The notes: generated by a model not told the origin, from the letters alone. A stretch of DNA of 64,000 bases from an uncultured bacterium (GCA_965651205.1 CBFGRM010000005.1:6677-70676); one strand, 5' to 3'. Positions 51,239 through 59,933 are shown, numbered from the stretch's first letter. Numbers and translations: made by a program.

Positions 51239-51310
51239 AGCCACTGGTGAGATTTGAACTCACGACCGCTCGATTACGAATCGAGTGCTCTACCCCTGAG
51301 CTACAGTGGC
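51239..51310 (-). tRNA. tRNA-Thr (anticodon CGU)
   Basis: Reverse complement: GCCACTG TA GCTC AGGGGTA GAGC A CTCGA TTCGTAA TCGAG CGGTC GTGAG TTCAAAT CTCAC CAGTGGC T. Confidence 0.9.
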
Positions 51311-51325
51311 GAGGCTCAAACGCGA

Positions 51326-51407
51326 TGCCCTGGCGCGGATTCGAACCGCGACGCCTTTCGGCACTACCCCCTCAAGATAGCGTGTCTACCAGTTTCACCA
51401 CCAGGGC
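51326..51407 (-). tRNA. tRNA-Leu (anticodon GAG), type II with long variable arm
   Basis: Reverse complement: GCCCTGG ... CTATC TTGAGGG GGTAG, variable arm TGCCGAAAGGCGT, CGCGG TTCGAAT CCGCG CCAGGGC A. Total 82 nt. Confidence 0.9.
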
Positions 51408-51444
51408 GCGGCGGGCGAAAACATAGCCGCCGCGCCCGTGGGGG

Positions 51445-52059
51445 TCAACGCCGCCGACCGCCAGTCTGGAAGGTGATCTGGCCACCAATGTTGAGCACCC
51501 GCTCGTTCAGGGTCGGCTCGCCACGGCGCTGGAAGGAGCCCTGATACAGCTCCACCGCGGGCCCGATTGCCAGCGACCGCGAAAGCTGGATCTCATAGCC
51601 GGCACCGAAGGTCCACGCGAAGCCCGACTCGGAGGTGCGGGCACCGTTGAAGAAGTCGACCGCACTCTCGGCCACACCACCGCCCGCCTTGAGCCACAGT
51701 CCACCGTCGCGCATCGGGTAGACCTGGATCACGCCGAGCACCGTTCCGAAGCTCTCGGTACCGTCTTCCGTCTCGGCAGACCAGGCGAACAACTCCGCGC
51801 CGACGCGGACGTGGGCATCAGGGGTACCGCCGAGCCGCAGGGTGAAAGTGGGCTTGGTGAGCTTCTCGGTCCACTCTGCCTCGTCGGAGAACTTGAACTG
51901 TTCGGCGCCGGCACCGAGTCCACCGGTGATGTAGAAGCCACCTCGCAGGTTGGCAGGCGCGCGTTCGACCAGGCCGCGATCGCGACGGCCCTGGGCCTCG
52001 AGTGAGAATGGGGCCACCATCGCAGCGGCGGCAAGAAGAATCAACACATTGCGGACCAT
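51445..52059 (-). CDS. Small outer-membrane beta-barrel protein (OmpA-beta-barrel/OmpW-like)
   Basis: AGGAG RBS, signal peptide ...SLEAQ, alternating Gly/aromatic strands (GFYITGGLGAG, FAWTFGAGYEI) and a C-terminal ...ITFQ-type strand. Confidence 0.7.
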   Translation of the reverse strand: MVRNVLILLAAAAMVAPFSLEAQGRRDRGLVERAPANLRGGFYITGGLGAGAEQFKFSDEAEWTEKLTKPTFTLRLGGTPDAHVRVGAELFAWSAETEDGTESFGTVLGVIQVYPMRDGGLWLKAGGGVAESAVDFFNGARTSESGFAWTFGAGYEIQLSRSLAIGPAVELYQGSFQRRGEPTLNERVLNIGGQITFQTGGRRR

Positions 52060-52230
52060 ATCAGGCCTCTCCTTCGGAGTGCCGGGATTGAACTTGCTGC
52101 CGACGGTGACGTTGGCGACGACAACTTGTGCACGCCGCGTACCAATCGCCTATCTTGTGATGGGGCAACGGTTTGGCACATACGAACCCGCTGGACACCG
52201 GGCCCCGGGTGTCCAATCGGAGGGTCACTG

Positions 52231-52947
52231 ATGTCCCGCTCCGGTCAACGGCTGGCGCTGCTACTGGTGGTCTTGTCGGCTGCGGTTGCCGTGAGACTCG
52301 GCTTCTGGCAACTCGATCGTCACCAGGAGAGGAGTGCTCGCAACGAAGTGCTGCGAGCCGCGCGCAACGCGCCGCCGATCGACCTGGCAACCGAGCCAGC
52401 CACACCGGGACGGACCGCCAGGGCCACCGGCCACTTCGAGCCGACCGGCAGTGTGCTGCTTCGCAACCGGGTTCACAACCAAGCGCCCGGCGTGCACGTG
52501 GTGACGCCGTTTCGGTTGGACGGCAGTGGCGGCGAGATCTGGGTGCTGCGCGGCTTCGCTCACGCATCCGACGGGATCCGAACCGGCCCGATCGCGGCAC
52601 CGGTGTCGGGCACCGTTGTCATCGAGGGTGAACTCCAGGCGTTGCCGGTGACCGACGATGCGGGTCAACCTTTCGTGGTTGACGGTGACACCACCTGGTG
52701 GCGATTTGATTCGGCCGTGGCGAAACAGCGGCGGCCGGATGCGCCAGCGATGGTGCTCTACCTCGAGGGTGGCGAAACGGGACCCGGTGCCCTGCCGGCG
52801 GTCGAGCCGCCGCTGCTGGACAACGGGCCCCATCTCTCCTACGTGTTCCAGTGGTTCGCCATCGCGGCGGCGATCCTTGCATTCGGCTGGTGGGTGATCA
52901 GGAAGCCAGCCGGGCGCTCACCTTCTCGTTCTCTTCCAGCACCCTGA
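52231..52947 (+). CDS. SURF1-family protein (cytochrome oxidase assembly)
   Basis: ATG 52231. It has an N-terminal TM plus RLGFWQLDRHQER, and a C-terminal GPHLSYVFQWFAIAAAIL second TM. This is the typical SURF1 topology. Confidence 0.8.
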   Translation: MSRSGQRLALLLVVLSAAVAVRLGFWQLDRHQERSARNEVLRAARNAPPIDLATEPATPGRTARATGHFEPTGSVLLRNRVHNQAPGVHVVTPFRLDGSGGEIWVLRGFAHASDGIRTGPIAAPVSGTVVIEGELQALPVTDDAGQPFVVDGDTTWWRFDSAVAKQRRPDAPAMVLYLEGGETGPGALPAVEPPLLDNGPHLSYVFQWFAIAAAILAFGWWVIRKPAGRSPSRSLPAP

Positions 52948-54094
52948 GAATGTTGCCGCCGGCCAGCTTGAGCAGGTCGGCGTCGCTCCAGCCCCGCCGG
53001 ATCAACTCGGCGAAGATCAGCGGATAGCCCGACACGTCTTCCATTCCCTCGGGCAACTGACTGGTGCCGTCGTAGTCGCCGCCGAGTCCGACGTGATCGA
53101 TGCCGGCCACGTCGCGCACGTGCTCGATGTGATCGGCGAGTTCCGCCACGCTTGCCTGCGGCTGCGGGTTGGACTGGCGCCAGGCCTGCAGTGCATCGCG
53201 TCGGGCAGCCGGCTCGGTGATGTGCTCCGTCGCGCGGAGCCCCTCGCGGTTCCACTCCCTCATCCGGTTGGAGATGAACGAGCCGACGAAGGTGACCATC
53301 ACCACGCCACCATTCTGCTTCATCCGTGCCAGCACGTCATCGGGAACATTGCGGGGGTGATCGAGGATTGCGCGGGCAGACGAATGCGAGAACATCACCG
53401 GTGCCGCAGAGGCGTCGAGAGCATCGTGCATCGTCGCCACCGACACGTGACTGAGGTCGACGATCATCCCGAGCCGGTTCATCTCGCGCACCACCTCGCG
53501 GCCGAAGTCGGTCAGCCCCTCGTAGCGGGCGATGTCGGAAGCGGCGTCTGCCCAGTCGAGGGTGACGTTGTGCGTCAGCGTCATATAGCGGACGCCGAGG
53601 TCGTAGTAGGCACGCAATGCGCCGAGCGAGTTCTCGATCGCGTGACCGCCTTCCATTCCGAGCAGCGACGCGATCTTGCCGCTGTTGCGGATCCTCCTGA
53701 CGTCATCGGCCGTGAGTGCCAGCTCGAGCACATCGGGATACATCTCGATCATCCGTCGGGCGATGTCGATCTGCTCGAGTTGCATCCGCGCGAAGCCGGA
53801 GTCGGCGTATTCACCCGGAATGTAGACCGACCAGAACTGTGCCCCGACTCCACCTTCGCGCAGTCGGGGGAAGTCGGTCTGGCCCGGCGCCCGGGTGCGC
53901 AGCGGGTATGCCTCGACCGACATCTTCGACACCGGATTGATCCGGATCTCCCACGGCAGGTCGTTGTGGCCGTCGAAGATCGGCTGACTCGCCAGCAGTT
54001 CGCGGGCGTGAGTGAGCGCGTCGTCGGCCTGCGCCGGCAGCAGCACGGGAACCAGCAGGAGAAGCAGCAACAGTCGACGACGCATCGGGCTCAC
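52898..54094 (-). CDS. M19-family membrane dipeptidase, secreted
   Basis: Signal peptide. FDGHNDLPWEIR, HVSV...SHSSARA and VGLGGDYDG are typical renal-dipeptidase-family motifs. The start is GTG 54094 (GTGA overlap) or ATG 54085. Confidence 0.9.
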   Translation of the reverse strand: MSPMRRRLLLLLLLVPVLLPAQADDALTHARELLASQPIFDGHNDLPWEIRINPVSKMSVEAYPLRTRAPGQTDFPRLREGGVGAQFWSVYIPGEYADSGFARMQLEQIDIARRMIEMYPDVLELALTADDVRRIRNSGKIASLLGMEGGHAIENSLGALRAYYDLGVRYMTLTHNVTLDWADAASDIARYEGLTDFGREVVREMNRLGMIVDLSHVSVATMHDALDASAAPVMFSHSSARAILDHPRNVPDDVLARMKQNGGVVMVTFVGSFISNRMREWNREGLRATEHITEPAARRDALQAWRQSNPQPQASVAELADHIEHVRDVAGIDHVGLGGDYDGTSQLPEGMEDVSGYPLIFAELIRRGWSDADLLKLAGGNILRVLEENEKVSARLAS

Positions 54095-55671
54095 CTCGGG
54101 ATTCGGACGACCTCCGGCAGCGGACGGCCATCCAGCGGTTCGGTGGGGGAGATACCAAGCAAACTTGCGTGGGTGGGGGCAATGTCCACCACCCCGACCG
54201 GTCGGTCAACCCTTGCCGCCCGCACACCCGGCACGCGGAAGATGATCGGCACCCGCACATCGTCGAGGTTGGTCGTGCCGTGTCCGGTCGAGGAAGTACT
54301 GCTGCCCCAGACCCAGCCCGGCTCCACCGACACGGCGATCAGCCAGTCAGTGTCGGCACCGATCTGCCTGCGCCAGCGCATCGCTTCGGCGTCGCCGGTC
54401 AGGGCAAGCGAGGTCGGCGTGAACACCCGCCGCACTCCCGGCACCGCCGCCGCCAGCCGTGCCACCGAATCGGCCAGCCGCGGCACGTCCACTCCACGCG
54501 CCGTGAGGGCGCGGGTGTCGGCCAGGAGCAACCCGCTCGGAATCGAAACGTCCAGGTTGATCGCGTAACGCTGGCGGGCCCACGCCGCCAGCTCTCGTCC
54601 GATCGCCGAGATCGACACCCGACCGGTCCTGCCGGTGGCCTCGGGATATTCCTGCACGCCGTGATCCGCTGTCAGTGAGATCGCGATCCGGTCGAGCGGA
54701 ACCACCGTGGCGAGTGAATCGAAGAACCAGGCCAGATGGCGATCGAGCCGACGCACCTGGTCGTGAACTTCCACCGAACCCGGTCCCCAGGTATGGCCGA
54801 CGGCGTCAGTGGTGGACAGCGACACGGCAAGCAGGTCGGTGCCGTCGCGCTGGCCGAGGTGCTCCGCCTTGAAACCACGCCAGGCCACGTCGAGCGTGAG
54901 CGAGTCCATCACCGGAAAATCGCCGATCGCCGACTCGGCAGCGGCCGAGTCCTCGGGAATCACGTGCGGGAAGCGGGGCGAACGACCGGCGGTCTCGAAG
55001 TCGCGCTCGTCACTCTCGGGGTAGTTGCTGCCGGGCAGCGGATTCCACGCCCGACCGCGAAGCGGTGCGATCGGGTTGCTGTTGTTCCATTCCGCCAACC
55101 AGGTCGGCAACGAGTCGGAGTACCAGAGCGAGGTGGTGAAGCGCCCCTTCGAGTACCAGAACACCGGCAATCTGGCCCTGCCGATCGGCAGGATTGCACC
55201 GCGATCCTTGCGGGACACCGACAACACCCTGGTGTCGGGATCGGTGGCAAGCATCCAGTCGGCCAACGTGGTGCCGCTGAATCGATGTGGCGAAGCGCCG
55301 CTTCCACCAGTGCCCACCAGAGGTGACAGCGGATCGCCCACGCCGAGGTCGTTGCTGATGATTCCGGTCCGGGCGGGCCAGCGTCCCGAAAGCATCGAGG
55401 CGTGCCCCGGCGCGGTCTGGGTGACCGCGTGGTCCTGTTCACCGGCCTGGTAGAAGACTCCCTCACGGAGCAACCAACCGAGTCCACCATCGAACTCGCC
55501 CTGCCAGCGCATCAGGTAGTCGGGTCGGAGCTGGTCGACGCCGAGATGGACCACCAGCCGGATCGGTGGATCCCCTGCAGCGTCCTGGGCGGCAATCACC
55601 GGTGGGAACAGCAGCACACCGGCCAGGGCGCCAATCGCCAGGTTTCGACTCGACATTGTATCCTCCTCCAA
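54091..55671 (-). CDS. Alkaline-phosphatase-superfamily nucleotide pyrophosphatase/phosphodiesterase-like protein, secreted
   Basis: Signal peptide. It has HLGVDQLRPDY, VTQTAPGHASMLSG (Thr nucleophile context) and TADHG. Confidence 0.8.
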   Translation of the reverse strand: MEEDTMSSRNLAIGALAGVLLFPPVIAAQDAAGDPPIRLVVHLGVDQLRPDYLMRWQGEFDGGLGWLLREGVFYQAGEQDHAVTQTAPGHASMLSGRWPARTGIISNDLGVGDPLSPLVGTGGSGASPHRFSGTTLADWMLATDPDTRVLSVSRKDRGAILPIGRARLPVFWYSKGRFTTSLWYSDSLPTWLAEWNNSNPIAPLRGRAWNPLPGSNYPESDERDFETAGRSPRFPHVIPEDSAAAESAIGDFPVMDSLTLDVAWRGFKAEHLGQRDGTDLLAVSLSTTDAVGHTWGPGSVEVHDQVRRLDRHLAWFFDSLATVVPLDRIAISLTADHGVQEYPEATGRTGRVSISAIGRELAAWARQRYAINLDVSIPSGLLLADTRALTARGVDVPRLADSVARLAAAVPGVRRVFTPTSLALTGDAEAMRWRRQIGADTDWLIAVSVEPGWVWGSSTSSTGHGTTNLDDVRVPIIFRVPGVRAARVDRPVGVVDIAPTHASLLGISPTEPLDGRPLPEVVRIPR

Positions 55672-55727
55672 TGGGTATTGGCCCCGATCAAGCCTAGTAT
55701 TGTATCAGCCACATCACCGGAGCAACG

Positions 55728-56099
55728 ATGGTTCGGAACACCAGGCAGCGCGGTGCGATCCGGAGGGCGTTCCAGAGCGCCGGCCGACCACTATCACCGC
55801 CGGAGGCCCACCGGATCGCGCAACACGAAGCCCGCGGGCTGGGGATCGCCACGGTCTACCGCAACATACGCGCACTGGTCGAGGAGGGATGGCTGGCAGA
55901 AGTCGGGCTGCCCGGTGAAGCGAACCGGTACGAACTTGCCGGCAAGGAACATCACCATCATTTCCGGTGCAGCAAGTGCAGTCGGGTGTTCGACGTGCCC
56001 TGCGACTCGCCAGGCGGTTCCGAACGGGTTCCGGCCGGCTTCGTGGTGACCGGCCACGACCTGCTGTTGCACGGCTACTGCGCTGACTGCCGTGGTTGA
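55728..56099 (+). CDS. Fur-family metalloregulator (short, Cys4 structural-zinc type)
   Basis: 123 aa. It has TRQRGAIRRAF...IATVYRNIRALVEEGWL (winged helix), HHHHFRCSKCSRVFD (HHxHxxCxxC) and the C-terminal CADC. Confidence 0.85.
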   Translation: MVRNTRQRGAIRRAFQSAGRPLSPPEAHRIAQHEARGLGIATVYRNIRALVEEGWLAEVGLPGEANRYELAGKEHHHHFRCSKCSRVFDVPCDSPGGSERVPAGFVVTGHDLLLHGYCADCRG

Positions 56100-57006
56100 G
56101 ATCCTCGCCCCCGTGGTGCGGGGCCTGATCCTCGCCACCCTCCTGGTGCTGGTGGGCACGGCAACTTCGTTGCTGCTGGTCAGGCGCGCCGGACTCGACC
56201 AGCAGAGTTCCCAGGCGATGATTATCGGTGGCTGGCTCAGTCGGCTGCCCGGCCTGTTCGCGTGGTTCCTGCTCACACTCTGGCTGCTGCGCGGCGCACT
56301 GCAGGTGCTGGCATTCACCGATCCGGGGATGCCGATCGATCCCGAACTGGCGAGGATCGTGCTCGGCACCGGAAGCTGGGGAGTGGGCTGGTTGGTTGGT
56401 GCGGTGCTCGCGTTCGCGTTGCTTTCGCTGAGCTGGTTGCTGCGTGCCGCGCCGATCGGGTTGCTCGTGCTCACCTGGAGCACAACCATCGGCTTGCTGC
56501 TGGCGCAGGCGGGGATGGGTCACGGCGTCGATCCGTTCTGGTCGCCACTGCTGCTCGGTCGGGCCGTTCACTTCACCCATCTGCTCGGCGGTGGCCTGTG
56601 GCTCGGCACCCTTGCCGTGCTGTCGATGGCAGTATTCCCGAGCCTGCTCGACTCGCGCGACCACGGCAGGCTGACGCGGATCCTCGACAACTTCAGCAAG
56701 CTGGCGCGGGCCGGTGGTGCGCTGGTGGTGCTGAGCGGCGCGGTGGCGGCGCTGGTGTACACCGATGCGGTTGCCGACCTTTGGACCACAACGTGGGGCA
56801 GGCTGCTCTGCGCCAAGCTGGTCGTGGTGGCGGCGATCGCCGCGACCGGGTATCGCAACTGGCGCGTCATAACTCCCAAGGTCGCCGCAGCGGAACCGGA
56901 ATCCGGAGCGGCACTCCGCCGCACAATTCAATTCGAGCTGCTGCTGGCCGCAGCGGCGATCGCCCTCACCGCCGTGCTGAGCGGCAGCGCAACTCCACGC
57001 GAGTGA
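56092..57006 (+). CDS. copD: CopD-family membrane protein
   Basis: About 8 TM helices, with HLLGGGLWLGTLAVL and KLVVVAAIAATGYRNW regions typical of CopD. The GTG start overlaps the Fur-family gene by 8 nt. Confidence 0.7.
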   Translation: MVEILAPVVRGLILATLLVLVGTATSLLLVRRAGLDQQSSQAMIIGGWLSRLPGLFAWFLLTLWLLRGALQVLAFTDPGMPIDPELARIVLGTGSWGVGWLVGAVLAFALLSLSWLLRAAPIGLLVLTWSTTIGLLLAQAGMGHGVDPFWSPLLLGRAVHFTHLLGGGLWLGTLAVLSMAVFPSLLDSRDHGRLTRILDNFSKLARAGGALVVLSGAVAALVYTDAVADLWTTTWGRLLCAKLVVVAAIAATGYRNWRVITPKVAAAEPESGAALRRTIQFELLLAAAAIALTAVLSGSATPRE

Positions 57007-57012
57007 CCAGCC

Positions 57013-57876
57013 CTAGCGGGCCTCGCCCGCGACGCGCTCGATCCAGCGGGCAAGCGCTGGGTGCGGACTCAGCACCACGCCGGCGTAGCGCATCGGGGTG
57101 CCGGCCAGGTCTGTCGGTACCCGGACCACATTGAGGCCACTGCTCGAAACCAGCACCGTCATCACCAGCACATCACCGCCACTCGCACCGGCAAGCGCCG
57201 TGATGGTGTCCCGAATGGCTGCGACCGCGCGGGCGCGCACCGGGGCGGGTGCATCATCACGAAGCAGTCCGACCCTTAGCGGCTTGCCATCGAGCTCGGC
57301 GATCAAGGGCTGGTTTGCCTTCAGCAACGCTGCCTCCCACCGGCGAGCATCCTGCTCCGAAGTGGGACCGTGGGCAACCAGCACAACCGGTCGGGTGCGA
57401 TCGGCAGGGTCGAGCGCCCGCCAACGATCGAGCAGAATGGTGCCCAACTCCGGCGACGCGTCGAGCGCCGGAGTCACGGCCACCGCCATCGTCGGATGAT
57501 TGACCGGGCCGTGGACGTGGCCAGCCAACGCGGCAGGAAGCTCGGGAATCAGACCCGCATAGTGGCCGATCTGCCGGGTGTGAGCACCGTGACTCGAAAC
57601 CATCAACGGCACCACCACCAACCTGGTGGCCCCCCTCGCCTCCACCTTCCTGAGCGCGTCGTTCCAGCCCTCGCCGTGGTGAGCCGCATCACCCATCAGG
57701 AACGCAGTCTCTACCGGACCATCCCAACGGACCTGGGCCACCACCTCGTCGACCAGGGCGTTCCAGGTGGAGTCCGCACCGTGGGCCACCACCAGGAGCC
57801 CGGTGGTTTGGGCGGCGAGAGGGCCGCCAACAAGCGATACAGCGATGGCGGCGAAGGCGGGCAAACGGTAACGCAT
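57013..57876 (-). CDS. CbiX/SirB-like (class II chelatase fold) two-domain protein with signal peptide
   Basis: Start taken at ATG 57876 (MRYRLPAFAAIAVSLVGGPLAAQ). There are two repeats of the CbiX pattern (LLVVAHGAD...VVVPLMVSSHGAH; VVLVAHGPTS...VMTVLVSSSG). The upstream 105 codons of the track ORF are junk. Confidence 0.55.
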   Translation of the reverse strand: MRYRLPAFAAIAVSLVGGPLAAQTTGLLVVAHGADSTWNALVDEVVAQVRWDGPVETAFLMGDAAHHGEGWNDALRKVEARGATRLVVVPLMVSSHGAHTRQIGHYAGLIPELPAALAGHVHGPVNHPTMAVAVTPALDASPELGTILLDRWRALDPADRTRPVVLVAHGPTSEQDARRWEAALLKANQPLIAELDGKPLRVGLLRDDAPAPVRARAVAAIRDTITALAGASGGDVLVMTVLVSSSGLNVVRVPTDLAGTPMRYAGVVLSPHPALARWIERVAGEAR

Positions 57877-57894
57877 ATAGTTGCACTCGATTGC

Positions 57895-57938
57895 GAATGA
57901 GAATGAATACGAACGAGTTGGTAAATGAGAATATCTCA
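57895..57938. promoter_or_regulatory. AT-rich divergent control region with repeated AATGAGAAT motif and TGAGAatATCTCA palindrome
   Basis: There is a tandem GAATGA GAATGA at 57895-57906. AATGAGAAT occurs at 57896-57904 and again at 57924-57932. The palindrome TGAGA-ata-TCTCA lies at 57926-57938. This is the only strongly AT-rich stretch I noticed in the window. Confidence 0.3.
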
Positions 57939-58013
57939 CTCGGCTTTCCCGGGCAACTACTTGCCCGTCCTGACGGCTACCTTCCGTGTCCCCGTTCACC
58001 CCTCGACCGCACG

Positions 58014-58439
58014 ATGCCCGAGATATCCGAATCACTGCTGTCCTTCGCCAGACTGCTCCGTGCTCGTCACACCAACCTCCTGGCACCGCACGGCCTGCAT
58101 CCTGGTCAGGACGCGTTGCTGATGCTGCTGTGGCAGCAACCCGGGTTGCGTCAGGCAGATCTGGCGGAGCAGCTCGGGGTGGAGCCGCCAACGATCACCC
58201 GGATGGTGCATCGACTGGAGCGGGGTGGCCTGGTCGAACGACGTCGCGACCAGGACGACTCGCGTGTGATGCGGATTCATCCCACGCCGAGGGCGCGGTT
58301 GCTGGAAGTGAACGTGCGACGAGTGTGGAGTGAGTTGGACGCCGAGTTGATTTCGGCTCTGGGCGCCGCGGATGCGGAACGACTCAGGGAGCTGGTTGAG
58401 CGGGCTCGTCGCGCCTGGAGTGATCAGTCGCCGGAGTGA
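58014..58439 (+). CDS. MarR-family transcriptional regulator
   Basis: ATG 58014. It has the winged-helix core LRQADLAEQLGVEPPTITRMVHRLERGGLVERRRDQDDSRV. Confidence 0.85.
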   Translation: MPEISESLLSFARLLRARHTNLLAPHGLHPGQDALLMLLWQQPGLRQADLAEQLGVEPPTITRMVHRLERGGLVERRRDQDDSRVMRIHPTPRARLLEVNVRRVWSELDAELISALGAADAERLRELVERARRAWSDQSPE

Positions 58440-59691
58440 GGGCACTGGCCCACTCGGAGGCCGGCAGTTGCACCAGCGGCGGCCTGGCATTGTTGCCGCT
58501 CCAACCAAACATCACTTCGCAGGCGGGACCACACACCGTGCCCTGACAGGCACCCATTCCGATCCGGGTCCAGAGCTTGGCCTGGCGCGCGGTCCACTCC
58601 GGATCCAGTTGGCCCCGCCGAACATCCTCGCAACGACACACTATCGTGTCATCGCTCACCCTCCGATTCAGCTCACTGCGGGGTGCGAATGTCGCTTCGA
58701 GCAGCTTGCCGAAGCTGTGCGCGGCAGCCCGGCGGCGTCGGAGCCGACGTGGCAGCTCGGCTATTCCCGCCGCCGCTAGTCCGGCGATGGTTCCTTCGAC
58801 GATCGCGCCTTCGTCGCCCTTGACGCCACAACACTCTCCGGCCGCGAACACTCCCGGCACCGAGGTGGCCTGTCGTTCGTCTACCACCACCCCTTCGTGA
58901 TCGACACTGCAACCAAGCAGCCGGGCGAGGTCGGTGCGCGGCACCAGCCCGACATTGGTGGCGAGCCAGTCGCAGTCGATTGTCTGCTCCCGCTCTCCCA
59001 CCTGCATCACGACCTGCTCCAGTCGTTCACCACCGATGGCGCGCAGTGGCCAGCAGTCGGTCCGATACGGCGTGCTGCGCGTGGCCCAGCGCAGGGTGGC
59101 CGCCTGCACCGCCCTGCCCGGTGCCGACAACGCCCTTGCAGCGAACCGGCGCACCGCTGTTGCGCTCGCCTGTTCGCCGATCAGCAACACCTCGGCGCGG
59201 GCAGCAGTGAGCGTGGCCGCAACCGGCAAGGCCAACGGGCCGCTCCCCGCGATGACCACCCGGTTGCCGCCGACGTGCAATCCGTTCTTTACAAGGGCCT
59301 GCAGACCTCCGACACCAACCACACCGGGCAATGTCCAACCCGGAAACGGCAGCAACCGTTCGACCGCACCGGTCGCGATGATCACCGCGTCTGTTTCGAT
59401 CCGCGCTATCCTGCCCGAGAACGACACCACCAGTTCGGTTGGCGAGATCACGTCGACGACAGTTGCACGGGGTGCCACCGCAACCGCCGGAGGGACAACC
59501 GACGCCAGGATCCTGCGGGCAGCGGGCGGCAACTTGTCGCCGGAACGATGCCGCCAGATCTGGCCGCCGAGTCGCGGGTTGAGATCGAGCAGCAGGACTC
59601 GCCGACCGGCATCCGTCGCCGCCCTGGCGGCAGCCAGGCCGGCCGGGCCGCCCCCGACTACCACCACGTCAGCTCCGCGGCCGCGACTCAA
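58384..59691 (-). CDS. FAD/NAD(P)-binding oxidoreductase with BFD-like [2Fe-2S] domain (LhpF/HcnB/opine-oxidase subunit A-like)
   Basis: It has the Rossmann motif VVVVGGGPAGLAAA, a second dinucleotide fold (VVIAGSGPLAL), and a BFD-like Cys cluster (CRCEDV...GMGACQGTVCG). The start is probably TTG 59691 (TTGA overlap) rather than the track ATG 59775. Confidence 0.8.
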   Translation of the reverse strand: MSRGRGADVVVVGGGPAGLAAARAATDAGRRVLLLDLNPRLGGQIWRHRSGDKLPPAARRILASVVPPAVAVAPRATVVDVISPTELVVSFSGRIARIETDAVIIATGAVERLLPFPGWTLPGVVGVGGLQALVKNGLHVGGNRVVIAGSGPLALPVAATLTAARAEVLLIGEQASATAVRRFAARALSAPGRAVQAATLRWATRSTPYRTDCWPLRAIGGERLEQVVMQVGEREQTIDCDWLATNVGLVPRTDLARLLGCSVDHEGVVVDERQATSVPGVFAAGECCGVKGDEGAIVEGTIAGLAAAGIAELPRRLRRRRAAAHSFGKLLEATFAPRSELNRRVSDDTIVCRCEDVRRGQLDPEWTARQAKLWTRIGMGACQGTVCGPACEVMFGWSGNNARPPLVQLPASEWASALTPATDHSRRDEPAQPAP

Positions 59692-59933
59692 GATCCGGTC
59701 TCCACCTGCATTCCCTCGGCCACCGGCGTGACGCAGGCTCGCACACCGGCCTTGCCGTCGATGGTGACCCGACATTCCTGGCAGGTTCCCATCCCGCAGA
59801 GCGGTGCCCTCGGGGAACCGTTCGGGGACCGATGAAACGCCAGGACTCCGTTCGACAGCAACGCGACTGCCACAGTGACGTCATCCGGCACCCGCCTCGG
59901 CACGCCATCGATGAACACGGTAACCTGGCTCAC
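59688..59933 (-). CDS. Small (2Fe-2S)-binding subunit (LhpE/HcnA-like)
   Basis: GTG 59933 sits in a GTGA overlap. It reads VTVFIDGVPRRVPDDVTVAVALL...CGMGTCQECRVTIDG..VRAC. Confidence 0.75.
   Translation of the reverse strand: MSQVTVFIDGVPRRVPDDVTVAVALLSNGVLAFHRSPNGSPRAPLCGMGTCQECRVTIDGKAGVRACVTPVAEGMQVETGS

Noticed and set aside
55672-55727. CAAT-N4-ATTG dyad near the phosphodiesterase start as a Fur-family operator
   Set aside because: The arms are only 4 bp and the site overlaps the start codon region. It is too weak to call.
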